This document shows positions 34,840 through 43,658 of a stretch of 64,000 nucleotides of DNA, in pieces. The position numbers and the translations under genes are program-made. The notes under the pieces were generated by a model. It did not search any database, was not told where the DNA came from, and saw only the letters and a list, made by a program, of their open reading frames with translations. The number at the start of each line of letters is the position of its first letter. The first letter of the stretch is position 1. The stretch lies in the IMG/VR virus record IMGVR_UViG_3300023296_000874, positions 186,001 to 250,000 of that record, one strand, 5' to 3'.

Positions 34840-36323
34840 TCAGGGGAGCCGTAGCTGAAGAGGTTTCCCTTGTAGATGAGCTGTCGGGCTACATCCATGG
34901 GGATCTTCCGGATTCCCGCTGCCTTGCCAATGGCATTGAGGTAGTCGAGTGGTGATTCAAAAGGTCCGGTGCCGCCTACCTTCGAGATGGCCTCGTTGGC
35001 TCTACGGCTAAGGGTCTCACCGCCGCGCTCGGCGTCAATGAAGTGGCTCAGGGCCAGGATCTCACGTCCGGAGAAGCCCTTGTCGGAAAGGCTCTTCCAA
35101 CCGGCAGTCTTGACACTCACCAACCCCTCGTAGAGGCGGTAGAGCATCAGGTCGCCACCGTAGCCAGCGTATCGGCTCTTGAAAGCGGAGAAGGCAAAGG
35201 TGCTGCGCACCAAGTTCTCGTTTCCGTTTTCCTTGCCGGTGTCTTGCTTGCCCTTCTCAACTCCACGCATCTCGTCACGGAGCTGGTTCCGTACCTGATC
35301 GCGGATCACCTGCTTCATGTCGTCGGTGATGTCGTCAATGGGGCTCTTGTCCGGTGTCGCGGGCGCTGCGGGCTTGTCCTCGCCGCCTTCCCCGTCTCCA
35401 CCATCGCCGCCCGCATCGTCGAAGTTAAAGCCACCCTGGCGGTGTACGAAGCTCTCAACCTTGTTGAGCGCTGCCTGTACCTCCGTGAGGTCAGAAGCGG
35501 CACGCTGCATAGCGTCTGCGTCCACAACGTTCACGGTCTCGAACGCAGCCTTGATGGTCTCAGCACTCACATCAGCGGCTTCCAGGATGTTCCGCATGAC
35601 GGCACCCTTGAAGGCTGGGTTGCCTACCCACGAGGCCTCAATGAATGTGACGCTGTCCTCATCATCCTTGTGGCCGCAGAGCTCGGCAATCTTGCGACGC
35701 TTACCCTTCTTGTCGAAGAAGTGGTTGCCCTTCATGTACTTGATGTGCTCGCACATCTGAGTATCGTCTTCAGCTACGTTTCCACACTTCGTGCAGACGG
35801 TGTAGTCAACCGTGCAACCCATGGAGAGGGTCGTGATCTCGCCACTCTTGATGTCCCGTACCAGGTCCTTGTGCTTGCGGTCCGTGGCTACGAGGATGTC
35901 AACGTAGACGGTCTCGCCAAGGTCGCGGGCTACTGCGTCAACAATCTTGCCCTTGCTCAGCTCGGGAATTTGAATGTGCTCAACGTAGTTCTCTGCACCA
36001 CGGAAGGTTCCGTAGGTGGCGAGGAGCAGGTCACGCTCCCAGGCATCTTCGTTGTTGTTGACGTACTTCTCAGTCTTCGCGGTGATCACGAAGGGCCAAC
36101 CACGGTCGTTGACGGGAGAAGCTTCTACGTCAACAGAGGCGATGATCGTGCAGTGCGTGAGAAGGAACTTCTCTGGGTTGTACTTGCTGGCGATCATGTC
36201 CGCGCCAGCCTGTCGGCTCATCTTGGAGCTGCCCGTCATGCCGTCCTTGCGAACAGCGGTCCAGTCATCAGCCTCGAGAGAGTGCCGAACAATCTTCGCC
36301 TTTGCGTATCGAAGCATTGACAT
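34836..36323 (-). CDS. Prohead (maturation) serine protease with Zn-finger insert
   Basis: NNNEDAW, NYVEH (His), TLSMGC (Ser), CTKCG...CEH, FIEASWVGNPAF. Confidence 0.75.
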   Translation of the reverse strand: MSMLRYAKAKIVRHSLEADDWTAVRKDGMTGSSKMSRQAGADMIASKYNPEKFLLTHCTIIASVDVEASPVNDRGWPFVITAKTEKYVNNNEDAWERDLLLATYGTFRGAENYVEHIQIPELSKGKIVDAVARDLGETVYVDILVATDRKHKDLVRDIKSGEITTLSMGCTVDYTVCTKCGNVAEDDTQMCEHIKYMKGNHFFDKKGKRRKIAELCGHKDDEDSVTFIEASWVGNPAFKGAVMRNILEAADVSAETIKAAFETVNVVDADAMQRAASDLTEVQAALNKVESFVHRQGGFNFDDAGGDGGDGEGGEDKPAAPATPDKSPIDDITDDMKQVIRDQVRNQLRDEMRGVEKGKQDTGKENGNENLVRSTFAFSAFKSRYAGYGGDLMLYRLYEGLVSVKTAGWKSLSDKGFSGREILALSHFIDAERGGETLSRRANEAISKVGGTGPFESPLDYLNAIGKAAGIRKIPMDVARQLIYKGNLFSYGSPE

Positions 36324-37825
36324 TAGCTACTCCTCGGAGTGCGGAGGTGGTCAAGTACATCCACGAGGCGGTTGTACGCTTCGCGGTTGAAGAGCCCGTC
36401 AGCGGTGTTGGCGCTGAGCAGGAAGAGTGCATCCCCGAAACCGTGGGTCTCAAGGTCATGGTGGAACTGGTCTGCCAAAACAGGCGAGGCGGTTCCGTCA
36501 CGTACCTCTTCATATAGAAGGTTCATGCCATCTGAACCGAGTACCTCTCGAAGCTCAATGGCTGAGGGGTTCATGCTGGCAACTACGCGCTGGAAGCCTA
36601 CTGCGTAGCGGGCATGTCGGTCAGCGTCGATGTCCTTCTGTACGCCAATCAGCCGTCCAATCTCCCTATCATCCACATCGAGCAGCTCACTTACCGAAAG
36701 GTCGGCAACGTAGGAGTAGATGCCCTCAATGGCTTCATCCGTGTAGTGGAACTGGTCTGCCTCGTCCATCACAGCCTTTCGGATGCGGACGCCAAGGCTT
36801 CCCTTGTGGCGGTTGAAGACGGAGCCATGTCCAACCAAGGAGTCGCGGAGCAGCTCGTAGAGCTCTTCGTCCGCTTCCTTCTTGAGCTGTCGCGTGGGTA
36901 GCTCATCCTCGTGAACGTGCATGTCACCCGAGTGGAGTCCCACTACGCCGGTTGCAGCGTCATTGTGGTAGATCTCGTGGTCCGGATGGTTCTTCTTCAG
37001 GTACGCAAGCACCTGGTTCTTCAGCGCGTCCCACTTCGAGTTCTTCTGAGTCGCAGCCGCAGTCTTCAGCGCCGCAAGGAGCATGTCGTCTTCGGCACCC
37101 GGAGGCACTCCGAACCCACTCTCCTCCACGTACCCAGGAAGCCCCTCGATGTCTGAGGGCTTGATACAGAACAGGCATTCGGGACACACGAAGAGGCGGG
37201 TGTGCTTCTTGTAGTTGGTCTTCTGGAGGTTCGCCCCACACTTGGGGCAGTCGGGCAGGCCGTCATCGAGCTCCCGCCGATTCATGCGGTACCTGCGTCC
37301 GGGGGCTGTCCAGTAGATTGCTTGGCGTACACTGTGGTCCGGGGCCTTGCACACGGAGGTGATGGCTCGGAAGCTGTCGACGCGGCTCAGGCCCTTGAAG
37401 GCACACTGCTGGGCCATTACCTGGAGCTTGGCTTGGGCGTCGAAGTAGTGAGCAGCGAGATGCTCTGCGCGGTCTACAAAAGGAGCCGCTGAGGCTCTCT
37501 TGGGCCAGGCGTAGCTGTATCCAACGGCGGTGCCGTCTTCAATGTGGCTCTGCGCAATGTCGTAGCTGCTGTAGGAGGTGTCGTACTGCGGCGGGATCGT
37601 GCGAACGTAGTTCGGGTTCGCGATCACCAGCTCATCCGCACTCACACGCTCATTGCCCCATGGGAACTCAGCGTCAACGAATCCGATTCCGGGGTGTACG
37701 GCGGTCACCGTCCCACTCACATCGGAAGCCCCCCCGTCGAGGCTGTTCCTTCGGTAAACGACGTCGCCTCTTGCGAAGTTCTTCGCCAAGAGCCAGTAGT
37801 CAACGAATGCTTTCTTGTCAGCCAT
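36323..37825 (-). CDS. Head-operon protein with SH3-like N-domain and Zn ribbon
   Basis: FARGDVV...GTVTAVHPGIGFVDAEFPWG; CPKC...CPEC; TAATG coupling to the protease. Confidence 0.6.
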   Translation of the reverse strand: MADKKAFVDYWLLAKNFARGDVVYRRNSLDGGASDVSGTVTAVHPGIGFVDAEFPWGNERVSADELVIANPNYVRTIPPQYDTSYSSYDIAQSHIEDGTAVGYSYAWPKRASAAPFVDRAEHLAAHYFDAQAKLQVMAQQCAFKGLSRVDSFRAITSVCKAPDHSVRQAIYWTAPGRRYRMNRRELDDGLPDCPKCGANLQKTNYKKHTRLFVCPECLFCIKPSDIEGLPGYVEESGFGVPPGAEDDMLLAALKTAAATQKNSKWDALKNQVLAYLKKNHPDHEIYHNDAATGVVGLHSGDMHVHEDELPTRQLKKEADEELYELLRDSLVGHGSVFNRHKGSLGVRIRKAVMDEADQFHYTDEAIEGIYSYVADLSVSELLDVDDREIGRLIGVQKDIDADRHARYAVGFQRVVASMNPSAIELREVLGSDGMNLLYEEVRDGTASPVLADQFHHDLETHGFGDALFLLSANTADGLFNREAYNRLVDVLDHLRTPRSS

Positions 37826-38601
37826 CAGGAGGCCCCTCCGTCTGAGTCCGCATCAGTAATGGCAGCCGCGAGGCTCCACTTCAAAATGCGAAGGGTGCTG
37901 GTGGAGGAGTCTTCTACGAAGCCCTTGCCCACCTGTGCTTTCGCCTTGCTTTGAGCAAAGGCTTCTGCCCGCTGGTAGCTGTCGAAGAGGTGTCCGGTTT
38001 CCCAGTAGCGTGGGTAGATGCGGCCAAAGTTGCGGAGCACGCCGTAGTCGATCTTCACAACCCAGTTGAAGTCGTCAGCGAATACGGCACATGCCCAGAA
38101 CTTGTCCTTGGCTCCACCCTTGTCGAGCTTGTAGGCTTTCGCCCACGGCTCGTGAGATCCAACGGTTGAGCTCCGAATGCGGTCCAGGCTTGCAACAGCC
38201 TTCTTGCCTTCGGCTTCCGCCTTGTCTACCAACCCTTCGTAGTCATCGAAGGAGTACCAAGTGTCCCGGTAGCCGGAACCCTTCATATCCACCTTCATCG
38301 CGTCATAGTCCTTGGCAGGATCCATACACGCGAGAAACCACGACCACTTCTTGTGCGTTACCCGGCGTACGTCACGATTCCAGAAGTCTCTGGCTGAGCA
38401 ACGGGCGGAAACCACCCGAAGCTCAATCATGTCGTAGTCATCCCGGCTCCCGAGGGAGCCTTCGGGCTCGTCATGTGTTTGGTACACAATCACCGTGAAT
38501 CCATTGTCAGCATGACGCCAAAGCGTCGTACCACCACGCCCCAACTCGTCACGAGCTGCGGTGTGGATCACTGATGATGGTTCCGGTGTTGCGTACCTCA
38601 T
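37825..38601 (-). CDS. Hypothetical protein with C-terminal WGR-like domain
   Basis: DKFWAC.V.....VKIDYG...G...AEAFAQSKAKAQVGKGFVE. Confidence 0.5.
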   Translation of the reverse strand: MRYATPEPSSVIHTAARDELGRGGTTLWRHADNGFTVIVYQTHDEPEGSLGSRDDYDMIELRVVSARCSARDFWNRDVRRVTHKKWSWFLACMDPAKDYDAMKVDMKGSGYRDTWYSFDDYEGLVDKAEAEGKKAVASLDRIRSSTVGSHEPWAKAYKLDKGGAKDKFWACAVFADDFNWVVKIDYGVLRNFGRIYPRYWETGHLFDSYQRAEAFAQSKAKAQVGKGFVEDSSTSTLRILKWSLAAAITDADSDGGAS

Positions 38602-38620
38602 ACTGACAGGCCCTCATCGC

Positions 38621-39142
38621 TCAGGAGCGCTTGGGAGCCTGACGGACGTACCGAGCGCCAGTGGAAGCCTTGCGGCCAACCTCAGCGTGCGGGCTGCCAC
38701 CAACGTAGGGCTGCGAAGGCTGCTTCTTGAATCCGTCAGAGTACTGGCTGAGCTCCTGAATGGGGCTCTCAGTACGCTCCGTCACTACAGAACCGGAGCC
38801 CTGGGTGGGGTGTACGCCACCGCCCTGGTACTCGAAGGTCTGCATGTACGTCTCGTCGGGGTTCGTCTTCTGGCCTTCGATGTAGCCGGGGCTGTCACCG
38901 AAGTTGTCCGCCATGTACTTCTCGGGGTCCTGGGGATCACCCTGAAGCAGCTTGGCCTGCTTCTGAGCAGTAGCGATGGAGGTACGCTCGATCTCGTCGC
39001 AGATGGAGTCCACCTCAAAGGCGAAGTCCAGAGCCTGCTTCTGAGAAAGACCGAGGCCTTCGTAGTTGGCTTCGAGGGTCTTGGCGATGCTGGAAAGACG
39101 GCCAACGTAGCGTCCGGCCTCGCGTGCAGTAAGAGTTCTCAT
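38621..39142 (-). CDS. Hypothetical head-operon protein
   Basis: AAGGAG RBS before ATG 39142. Confidence 0.6.
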   Translation of the reverse strand: MRTLTAREAGRYVGRLSSIAKTLEANYEGLGLSQKQALDFAFEVDSICDEIERTSIATAQKQAKLLQGDPQDPEKYMADNFGDSPGYIEGQKTNPDETYMQTFEYQGGGVHPTQGSGSVVTERTESPIQELSQYSDGFKKQPSQPYVGGSPHAEVGRKASTGARYVRQAPKRS

Positions 39143-39161
39143 GGTTGAGCTCCTTGGGGGA

Positions 39162-40082
39162 TCAAATGGTCGGGTTGCGGAAGTTGTCGAGGTAGTCGTC
39201 GTCAGGATCTCGCTGAATGACGCCACCGTCTTCAAACAGCTTGCGCCACCGTTCATCCTTAGTCACACCGGGGTCGATGTGGGAGTCGGCAGGCCTGCCG
39301 TAGTACTGTGACGGGTCAAAAAACTGGTCTTTCTTGTCGGCCCGCTTCTGCTCATTCACTTCGGACGGAACATAAACCTCATGGTGAAGGTCGTAGTCCA
39401 AGCCGCCGAGCCTGTTCAGAAGAGTCAGATAGGTAGGCGCGTCGATTTTGCCCGCGTACTTCCCACCATCAAGGCTCCAGATTGTTTCATCCAGGGCCTT
39501 CCGGAACGCCGCGTCCCGGTTATCAGCGAGGACGCGAGCGTCCACTGAAGTCTTTGCAGTCGTCACGAGCCTGTCGTGGTCGTCTGCTGTGATCATTGAA
39601 GGGTTGAAAGGCTCCACTCGGTTCCACACCGGCCACGTTGCCGTGTTGGTCTGGCGCTCAGGTAGAGGCTCACCCTGAATGAACTTGGTGCCGCAAGGAG
39701 AGCGTGTGACGCGGGTGTACCGTGCCTGCTTGTACCGGCTATCCAGCCGGGCAAAGGTAGCGGCAGCCAGAGTCGGCCACGAGCGGGGATCGTTGATGTC
39801 AACGTCCACACTGGCGTGAATCGCGCGTACGTCGCCAAGGTCCGGGTTTACACCTCGGAACTGCAAAGCAAGCCGGATGGCTGCTTCCTCAATGGCTACA
39901 TGGCTCTTCATGCTCAAGTCCTTCTTCTCCTTCTTCCTCTGCAAGTCACTATCGTCCTCGCGGTAGCGTTCCTTCCGCTTGTCGTAGCGGGGCGGCTTCT
40001 CTTTAGGGGCAGGCTTAATCTGCCCCTTGGAGTACTCGTCCTGCTTCTCAGCTTCGGATTTTGTCGCTACGCGATGACCCAT
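39162..40082 (-). CDS. Hypothetical head-operon protein
   Basis: First gene after the late motif at 40123. Confidence 0.6.
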   Translation of the reverse strand: MGHRVATKSEAEKQDEYSKGQIKPAPKEKPPRYDKRKERYREDDSDLQRKKEKKDLSMKSHVAIEEAAIRLALQFRGVNPDLGDVRAIHASVDVDINDPRSWPTLAAATFARLDSRYKQARYTRVTRSPCGTKFIQGEPLPERQTNTATWPVWNRVEPFNPSMITADDHDRLVTTAKTSVDARVLADNRDAAFRKALDETIWSLDGGKYAGKIDAPTYLTLLNRLGGLDYDLHHEVYVPSEVNEQKRADKKDQFFDPSQYYGRPADSHIDPGVTKDERWRKLFEDGGVIQRDPDDDYLDNFRNPTI

Positions 40083-40122
40083 TGATGTGTGACCCGGTAG
40101 AGGTGAGCTCGGGACCCCCCGT

Positions 40123-40138
40123 CTACAAAAGGATTATG
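40123..40138 (-). promoter_or_regulatory. Conserved 16-bp motif (consensus copy)
   Basis: ctacaaaaggattatg, 41 nt upstream of 40082. Confidence 0.75.
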
Positions 40139-40147
40139 AGCCGAAGA

Positions 40148-41752
40148 TCAGAAGCGCTCTTCCCCCGCGCTCTCCTTGATTTTCAGTCCAAGGTGCTCAA
40201 CGACGATATCCAGAAGGTTGGATTTCTCCGCGAGCTGTCCGCCAATGTCACCCAAGGCGTTTCGAATCGCCTCGTTGAAGTTGGCGTCATTGAGCGTGAA
40301 TGCATCGCGCTGGAGCTTCTCTTCCACGTCAGCAGCGTCGATGTTGAAGAGGTCGAGGATGAAGCTCACGGGCAAGCTTCCCTTCTGGTACAGGTCGAAC
40401 AGGGCGCTGAAGACGTCCTGGTTGTCGGCCAGTGCCATACGGTTGAAGCTCAGGCGCGGGTAGATGGGCTTGTCGTATCCCCACGCATCCTTCTCCACGA
40501 ATCCCATCTTGATTGCTACGGGCTTGAAGAGGAAGTCCTCAACGTACTCCTGAACCATCATGCGGTAGTTCATGAAGCGCTCGTTCATGACGTGCAGGCT
40601 CAACCGGTTGCCGGTGAACGTACCTTCGCCAGTGAGCAGCTCGAGCGTCACGCCAAGGCCAACCATGAGCTGACGGTCCGTGATGTCGTACTCGTTGCTC
40701 AGGTCAAGCAGGCGGTCGTTGCTACCGTACTCTTCCCAGTTCACCTGGTAGTTGGCAACAATGGAGAAGTCAGGGTCCATCAGGGCAAGGTCCACCATCT
40801 CGCGGAGCTCATCAACCTGCATTTCGTCAAGCCCCTCTCCCCACACGACGCGCTTCGGGGTCATGTTGCGGCTTGCGATACTTGTCTGAGCCTGACGTAG
40901 CTTGTCGCGGTACAGCAACACGCGCAGGCACCGTTCCAAAATGGAGGAGCCAAACTTGCTGCGAGGCCTACGCCTACGAGCAAGGTGGTAGCAGAAAGAG
41001 CCCTGCATGGGATCGGAGTCCAGGGGGAGGTTCTCTCCCATCTGGATGTACTCCACGATCTCGGGCGGCATCTTCTCAACCTTGCGCATGGCAAGGGGGT
41101 CAACCTGGGCGTCACGCACGGCGCGACGGTCTTCTTCCGAGGGTACGAACTCGATGTCTACTTCGTCGGAGAAGCTGTAGCCCTTGACGTCAACCTGATC
41201 GGTCTCAAGGATGGTGAGCTTGCGCCACCCACGGTAGTCTTCGCCTTCCTTGTCATCGTCCTCAGCGAAGATGAAGACGTTGCCGTCCAACCAGTAGAGG
41301 TGCGTGATCTCGTGCAGGCGTCGTGTGAGCCTGAGATCATCCACCATCTTCTGAAAGTAGGCCATCACCTTGTCAGCGGTCTCCTTGTCCTCACATTTCG
41401 GCTTGGAGAGGCGGACCTTGCTCAAGGGGATCTCGGTCAGGATGTCGAGTGCCTGCCCAACCATGGGGTCAGTCTCGTAGTAGTGCCTGAACCACTCGTG
41501 CTTCTCACGGTCACTCTGAGGCAGCTCGAGGAAGTCCGTGCTGAGCTGAGGGCTGAAGAAGTTGAATCCAGAGCTCTGGATTACACCACCACCCGGAGCA
41601 CCAACACGAGTGTTGAACTGTACGCCATTGGTGGAGCGGGCAACACGCTTCAGACGTCGAGCGATGACTTGATCATTGCCACGTCGGGAGATTGTGGGTC
41701 CGGGTGCCGGAGCACCAGATCCACTACTTTCGTTGTTGTTGTCGTCAGGCAT
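40148..41752 (-). CDS. Portal protein
   Basis: 534 aa between TerL and protease; YYETDPMVGQALDI, YWLDGNVFI, GSSILERCLR.L...DKLRQAQ.SIA.R..TP, GLGVT..LL.GEG. Confidence 0.85.
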   Translation of the reverse strand: MPDDNNNESSGSGAPAPGPTISRRGNDQVIARRLKRVARSTNGVQFNTRVGAPGGGVIQSSGFNFFSPQLSTDFLELPQSDREKHEWFRHYYETDPMVGQALDILTEIPLSKVRLSKPKCEDKETADKVMAYFQKMVDDLRLTRRLHEITHLYWLDGNVFIFAEDDDKEGEDYRGWRKLTILETDQVDVKGYSFSDEVDIEFVPSEEDRRAVRDAQVDPLAMRKVEKMPPEIVEYIQMGENLPLDSDPMQGSFCYHLARRRRPRSKFGSSILERCLRVLLYRDKLRQAQTSIASRNMTPKRVVWGEGLDEMQVDELREMVDLALMDPDFSIVANYQVNWEEYGSNDRLLDLSNEYDITDRQLMVGLGVTLELLTGEGTFTGNRLSLHVMNERFMNYRMMVQEYVEDFLFKPVAIKMGFVEKDAWGYDKPIYPRLSFNRMALADNQDVFSALFDLYQKGSLPVSFILDLFNIDAADVEEKLQRDAFTLNDANFNEAIRNALGDIGGQLAEKSNLLDIVVEHLGLKIKESAGEERF

Positions 41753-42125
41753 TCATATTCTCCTGCTGGGCGGCGATTGCGGCGCGTCGAGCAGCTTGCT
41801 GCTCTCTGCGTGCGGCGACCCGTTCTATTTCTTTGTTTCGTGCGGCTATCTGATCTTCGGGCCTTGTGTAGTCAGGGACCGAAACAGATTGCAGAGCTCC
41901 CAAGGCAGAGCTCACAGCCCGCTTGGTTCTCCGCAACCTAATGATGAAGCCGCTGTGGGCGGTGGTCATCTTCCTGTATAGAGGGTCCTGCCGTGCGGCC
42001 CTGTCGTCAGCTACTGCCAACTGCTCAATCTGAGCGTGAATCTCAGAGAGCCTGGATGCTGCCGCCACCGCGTCTGCGCGTGCGGATGCCTCTTGAGCAA
42101 TCAGTTCCAGAACACCATCGGCCAT
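41745..42125 (-). CDS. Hypothetical coiled-coil protein
   Basis: Overlaps the portal start; alpha-helical composition. Confidence 0.55.
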   Translation of the reverse strand: MADGVLELIAQEASARADAVAAASRLSEIHAQIEQLAVADDRAARQDPLYRKMTTAHSGFIIRLRRTKRAVSSALGALQSVSVPDYTRPEDQIAARNKEIERVAARREQQAARRAAIAAQQENMNA

Positions 42126-42718
42126 CAGAACAACCGGATATCGACACCGAGCGTATTGTCGTTGTCAGTAGAGGGAATCATCCACACCGTTCCAACCTGG
42201 ATCGGTGTGCCAATCCCTGCCGCTGTAGCATCGGCAAGGGTGGTTAGGTATCCCCTGTCACTGACGTAAACCGCGTCATTCAGTGAATAGGAAAGTGCGA
42301 TTCCTGAGGAGGTCCGATCTCCAAAGGTGTACTTCTCGAACATCTTGAAGACGAAGGTCCCATCGAACATCATGGTAACGACGCGCGTGCTCGACGGCTT
42401 GTAGGAAGAGTAGTTGTACTCCGTGCTCCGGAGGTCAAAACTGCCCGGCGTCTGAACTTGAGGGTGAAAGTCAGATCCACGAATGAGGAACCCAGTGGCG
42501 GCAGTGCCATCACTCTGTCCCACCACTCGGATGTTCTTGACGTTGTTGGCCGGTCCGAAGGAGTTGGAGGTGTACATCACCCACTGCCCTCCGCGCCAGC
42601 CATCAGCACCATCACCACCACTCGACGCAAGCGTGTCATTCACGTACACGGGGACGTTCATCCCCTTGTACTGAATTACAACGTCATGATTCTGCTGATG
42701 GTTGTCTCTTACTCCCAC
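42125..42718 (-). CDS. Putative structural protein (decoration-like beta fold)
   Basis: YSLNDAVYVSDRGYLT..IQVGTV..P echoes the 32470..33090 C-terminus; AGGAG RBS. Confidence 0.5.
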   Translation of the reverse strand: MGVRDNHQQNHDVVIQYKGMNVPVYVNDTLASSGGDGADGWRGGQWVMYTSNSFGPANNVKNIRVVGQSDGTAATGFLIRGSDFHPQVQTPGSFDLRSTEYNYSSYKPSSTRVVTMMFDGTFVFKMFEKYTFGDRTSSGIALSYSLNDAVYVSDRGYLTTLADATAAGIGTPIQVGTVWMIPSTDNDNTLGVDIRLF

Positions 42719-42744
42719 GGTAGCTCCTCGTCAGCCAGTTGGGT

Positions 42745-43584
42745 CTACTCGCCCTCTTCTTCTGTCGCTGCAGCCATCACCCACTCATCGTACTCCTTCT
42801 CCCAACCGGAGGGGCGCTTGCGCAGACGTCCGAGGTAGAGCACCTGGCCCGTAGTCGGGTTCATGGAGCGTGGGTAGGTTGCACGCTGCTGCGGGAAGAG
42901 GCTGAAGTACCAGTCCTTCACCGCGCCACTCTTGGCGTCCTGGGTCTTGAGTACGAGTCCGGTGTAGTAGATGCGCGAGCGCTCTTCGCCCTTGTCGGAA
43001 CCACGGTCCACGTAGTCCTGCACCAGCTTGAGGTTGTCTGCACTCGGAGGAGGTCCGCCCTTCTTCGAGAAGTACACCACTTCGAAGATCTTGGAAGCGC
43101 GGCTTCGGTCTCCGTCCTCACCGGGCTCGCCGTTGCTTGTAGCTGCGGCTGCGGGCGTGTGGCGGTAGAGGCCAACCTTGGAGCCCTTGGTACCACCCTC
43201 AACCCGAAGGATGTTGGGCAGGCGGGGATCCTCGAAGTTCAGGATCACGTCCTCACCATCAACCTCGTCGATAGTGGCAACAGCGTCGTGAAGAGGGCCG
43301 AGGAGGTCCTGAAGGTGTCCGGGCACCTTGCGCTTGTCGATGCGAACCATCTCACCGCGCGCCAGTGGCTGTCCACGCTTCGAGGGCTTGTACTCCTTGT
43401 GGGGCACACCCTGACGCTCAAGGAATGTGGCGCACTCACGCTGAGATACGCGGTCGTTCTTCATGATGCACCATTCCACGAACTTCTCAGTCTCGGGCTT
43501 GATGGCGACCTTGTCGTGGGCTTCTACGTCGGTAGAACCCAGCACTTCCAGTGCAAGGCTCTGGGCGAGCTTATCATAGTTCAT
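42745..43584 (-). CDS. Hypothetical late protein
   Basis: First gene after the late motif at 43631. Confidence 0.6.
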   Translation of the reverse strand: MNYDKLAQSLALEVLGSTDVEAHDKVAIKPETEKFVEWCIMKNDRVSQRECATFLERQGVPHKEYKPSKRGQPLARGEMVRIDKRKVPGHLQDLLGPLHDAVATIDEVDGEDVILNFEDPRLPNILRVEGGTKGSKVGLYRHTPAAAATSNGEPGEDGDRSRASKIFEVVYFSKKGGPPPSADNLKLVQDYVDRGSDKGEERSRIYYTGLVLKTQDAKSGAVKDWYFSLFPQQRATYPRSMNPTTGQVLYLGRLRKRPSGWEKEYDEWVMAAATEEEGE

Positions 43585-43630
43585 GTTGGGATCTCCCGAA
43601 AGGGGGTAGTAGGTGTCTCATCTCAGCCCG

Positions 43631-43646
43631 GTACAAAAGGAATATG
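43631..43646 (-). promoter_or_regulatory. Conserved 16-bp motif (putative late promoter)
   Basis: gtacaaaaggaatatg, 47 nt upstream of 43584. Confidence 0.7.
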
Positions 43647-43658
43647 TCCGGTCTGGGA

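Noticed and set aside
37474-37484. Partial late motif ctacaaaagga inside gene 36323..37825
   Set aside because: It lacks the TTATG (CATAA) half and no start codon follows at the usual distance.
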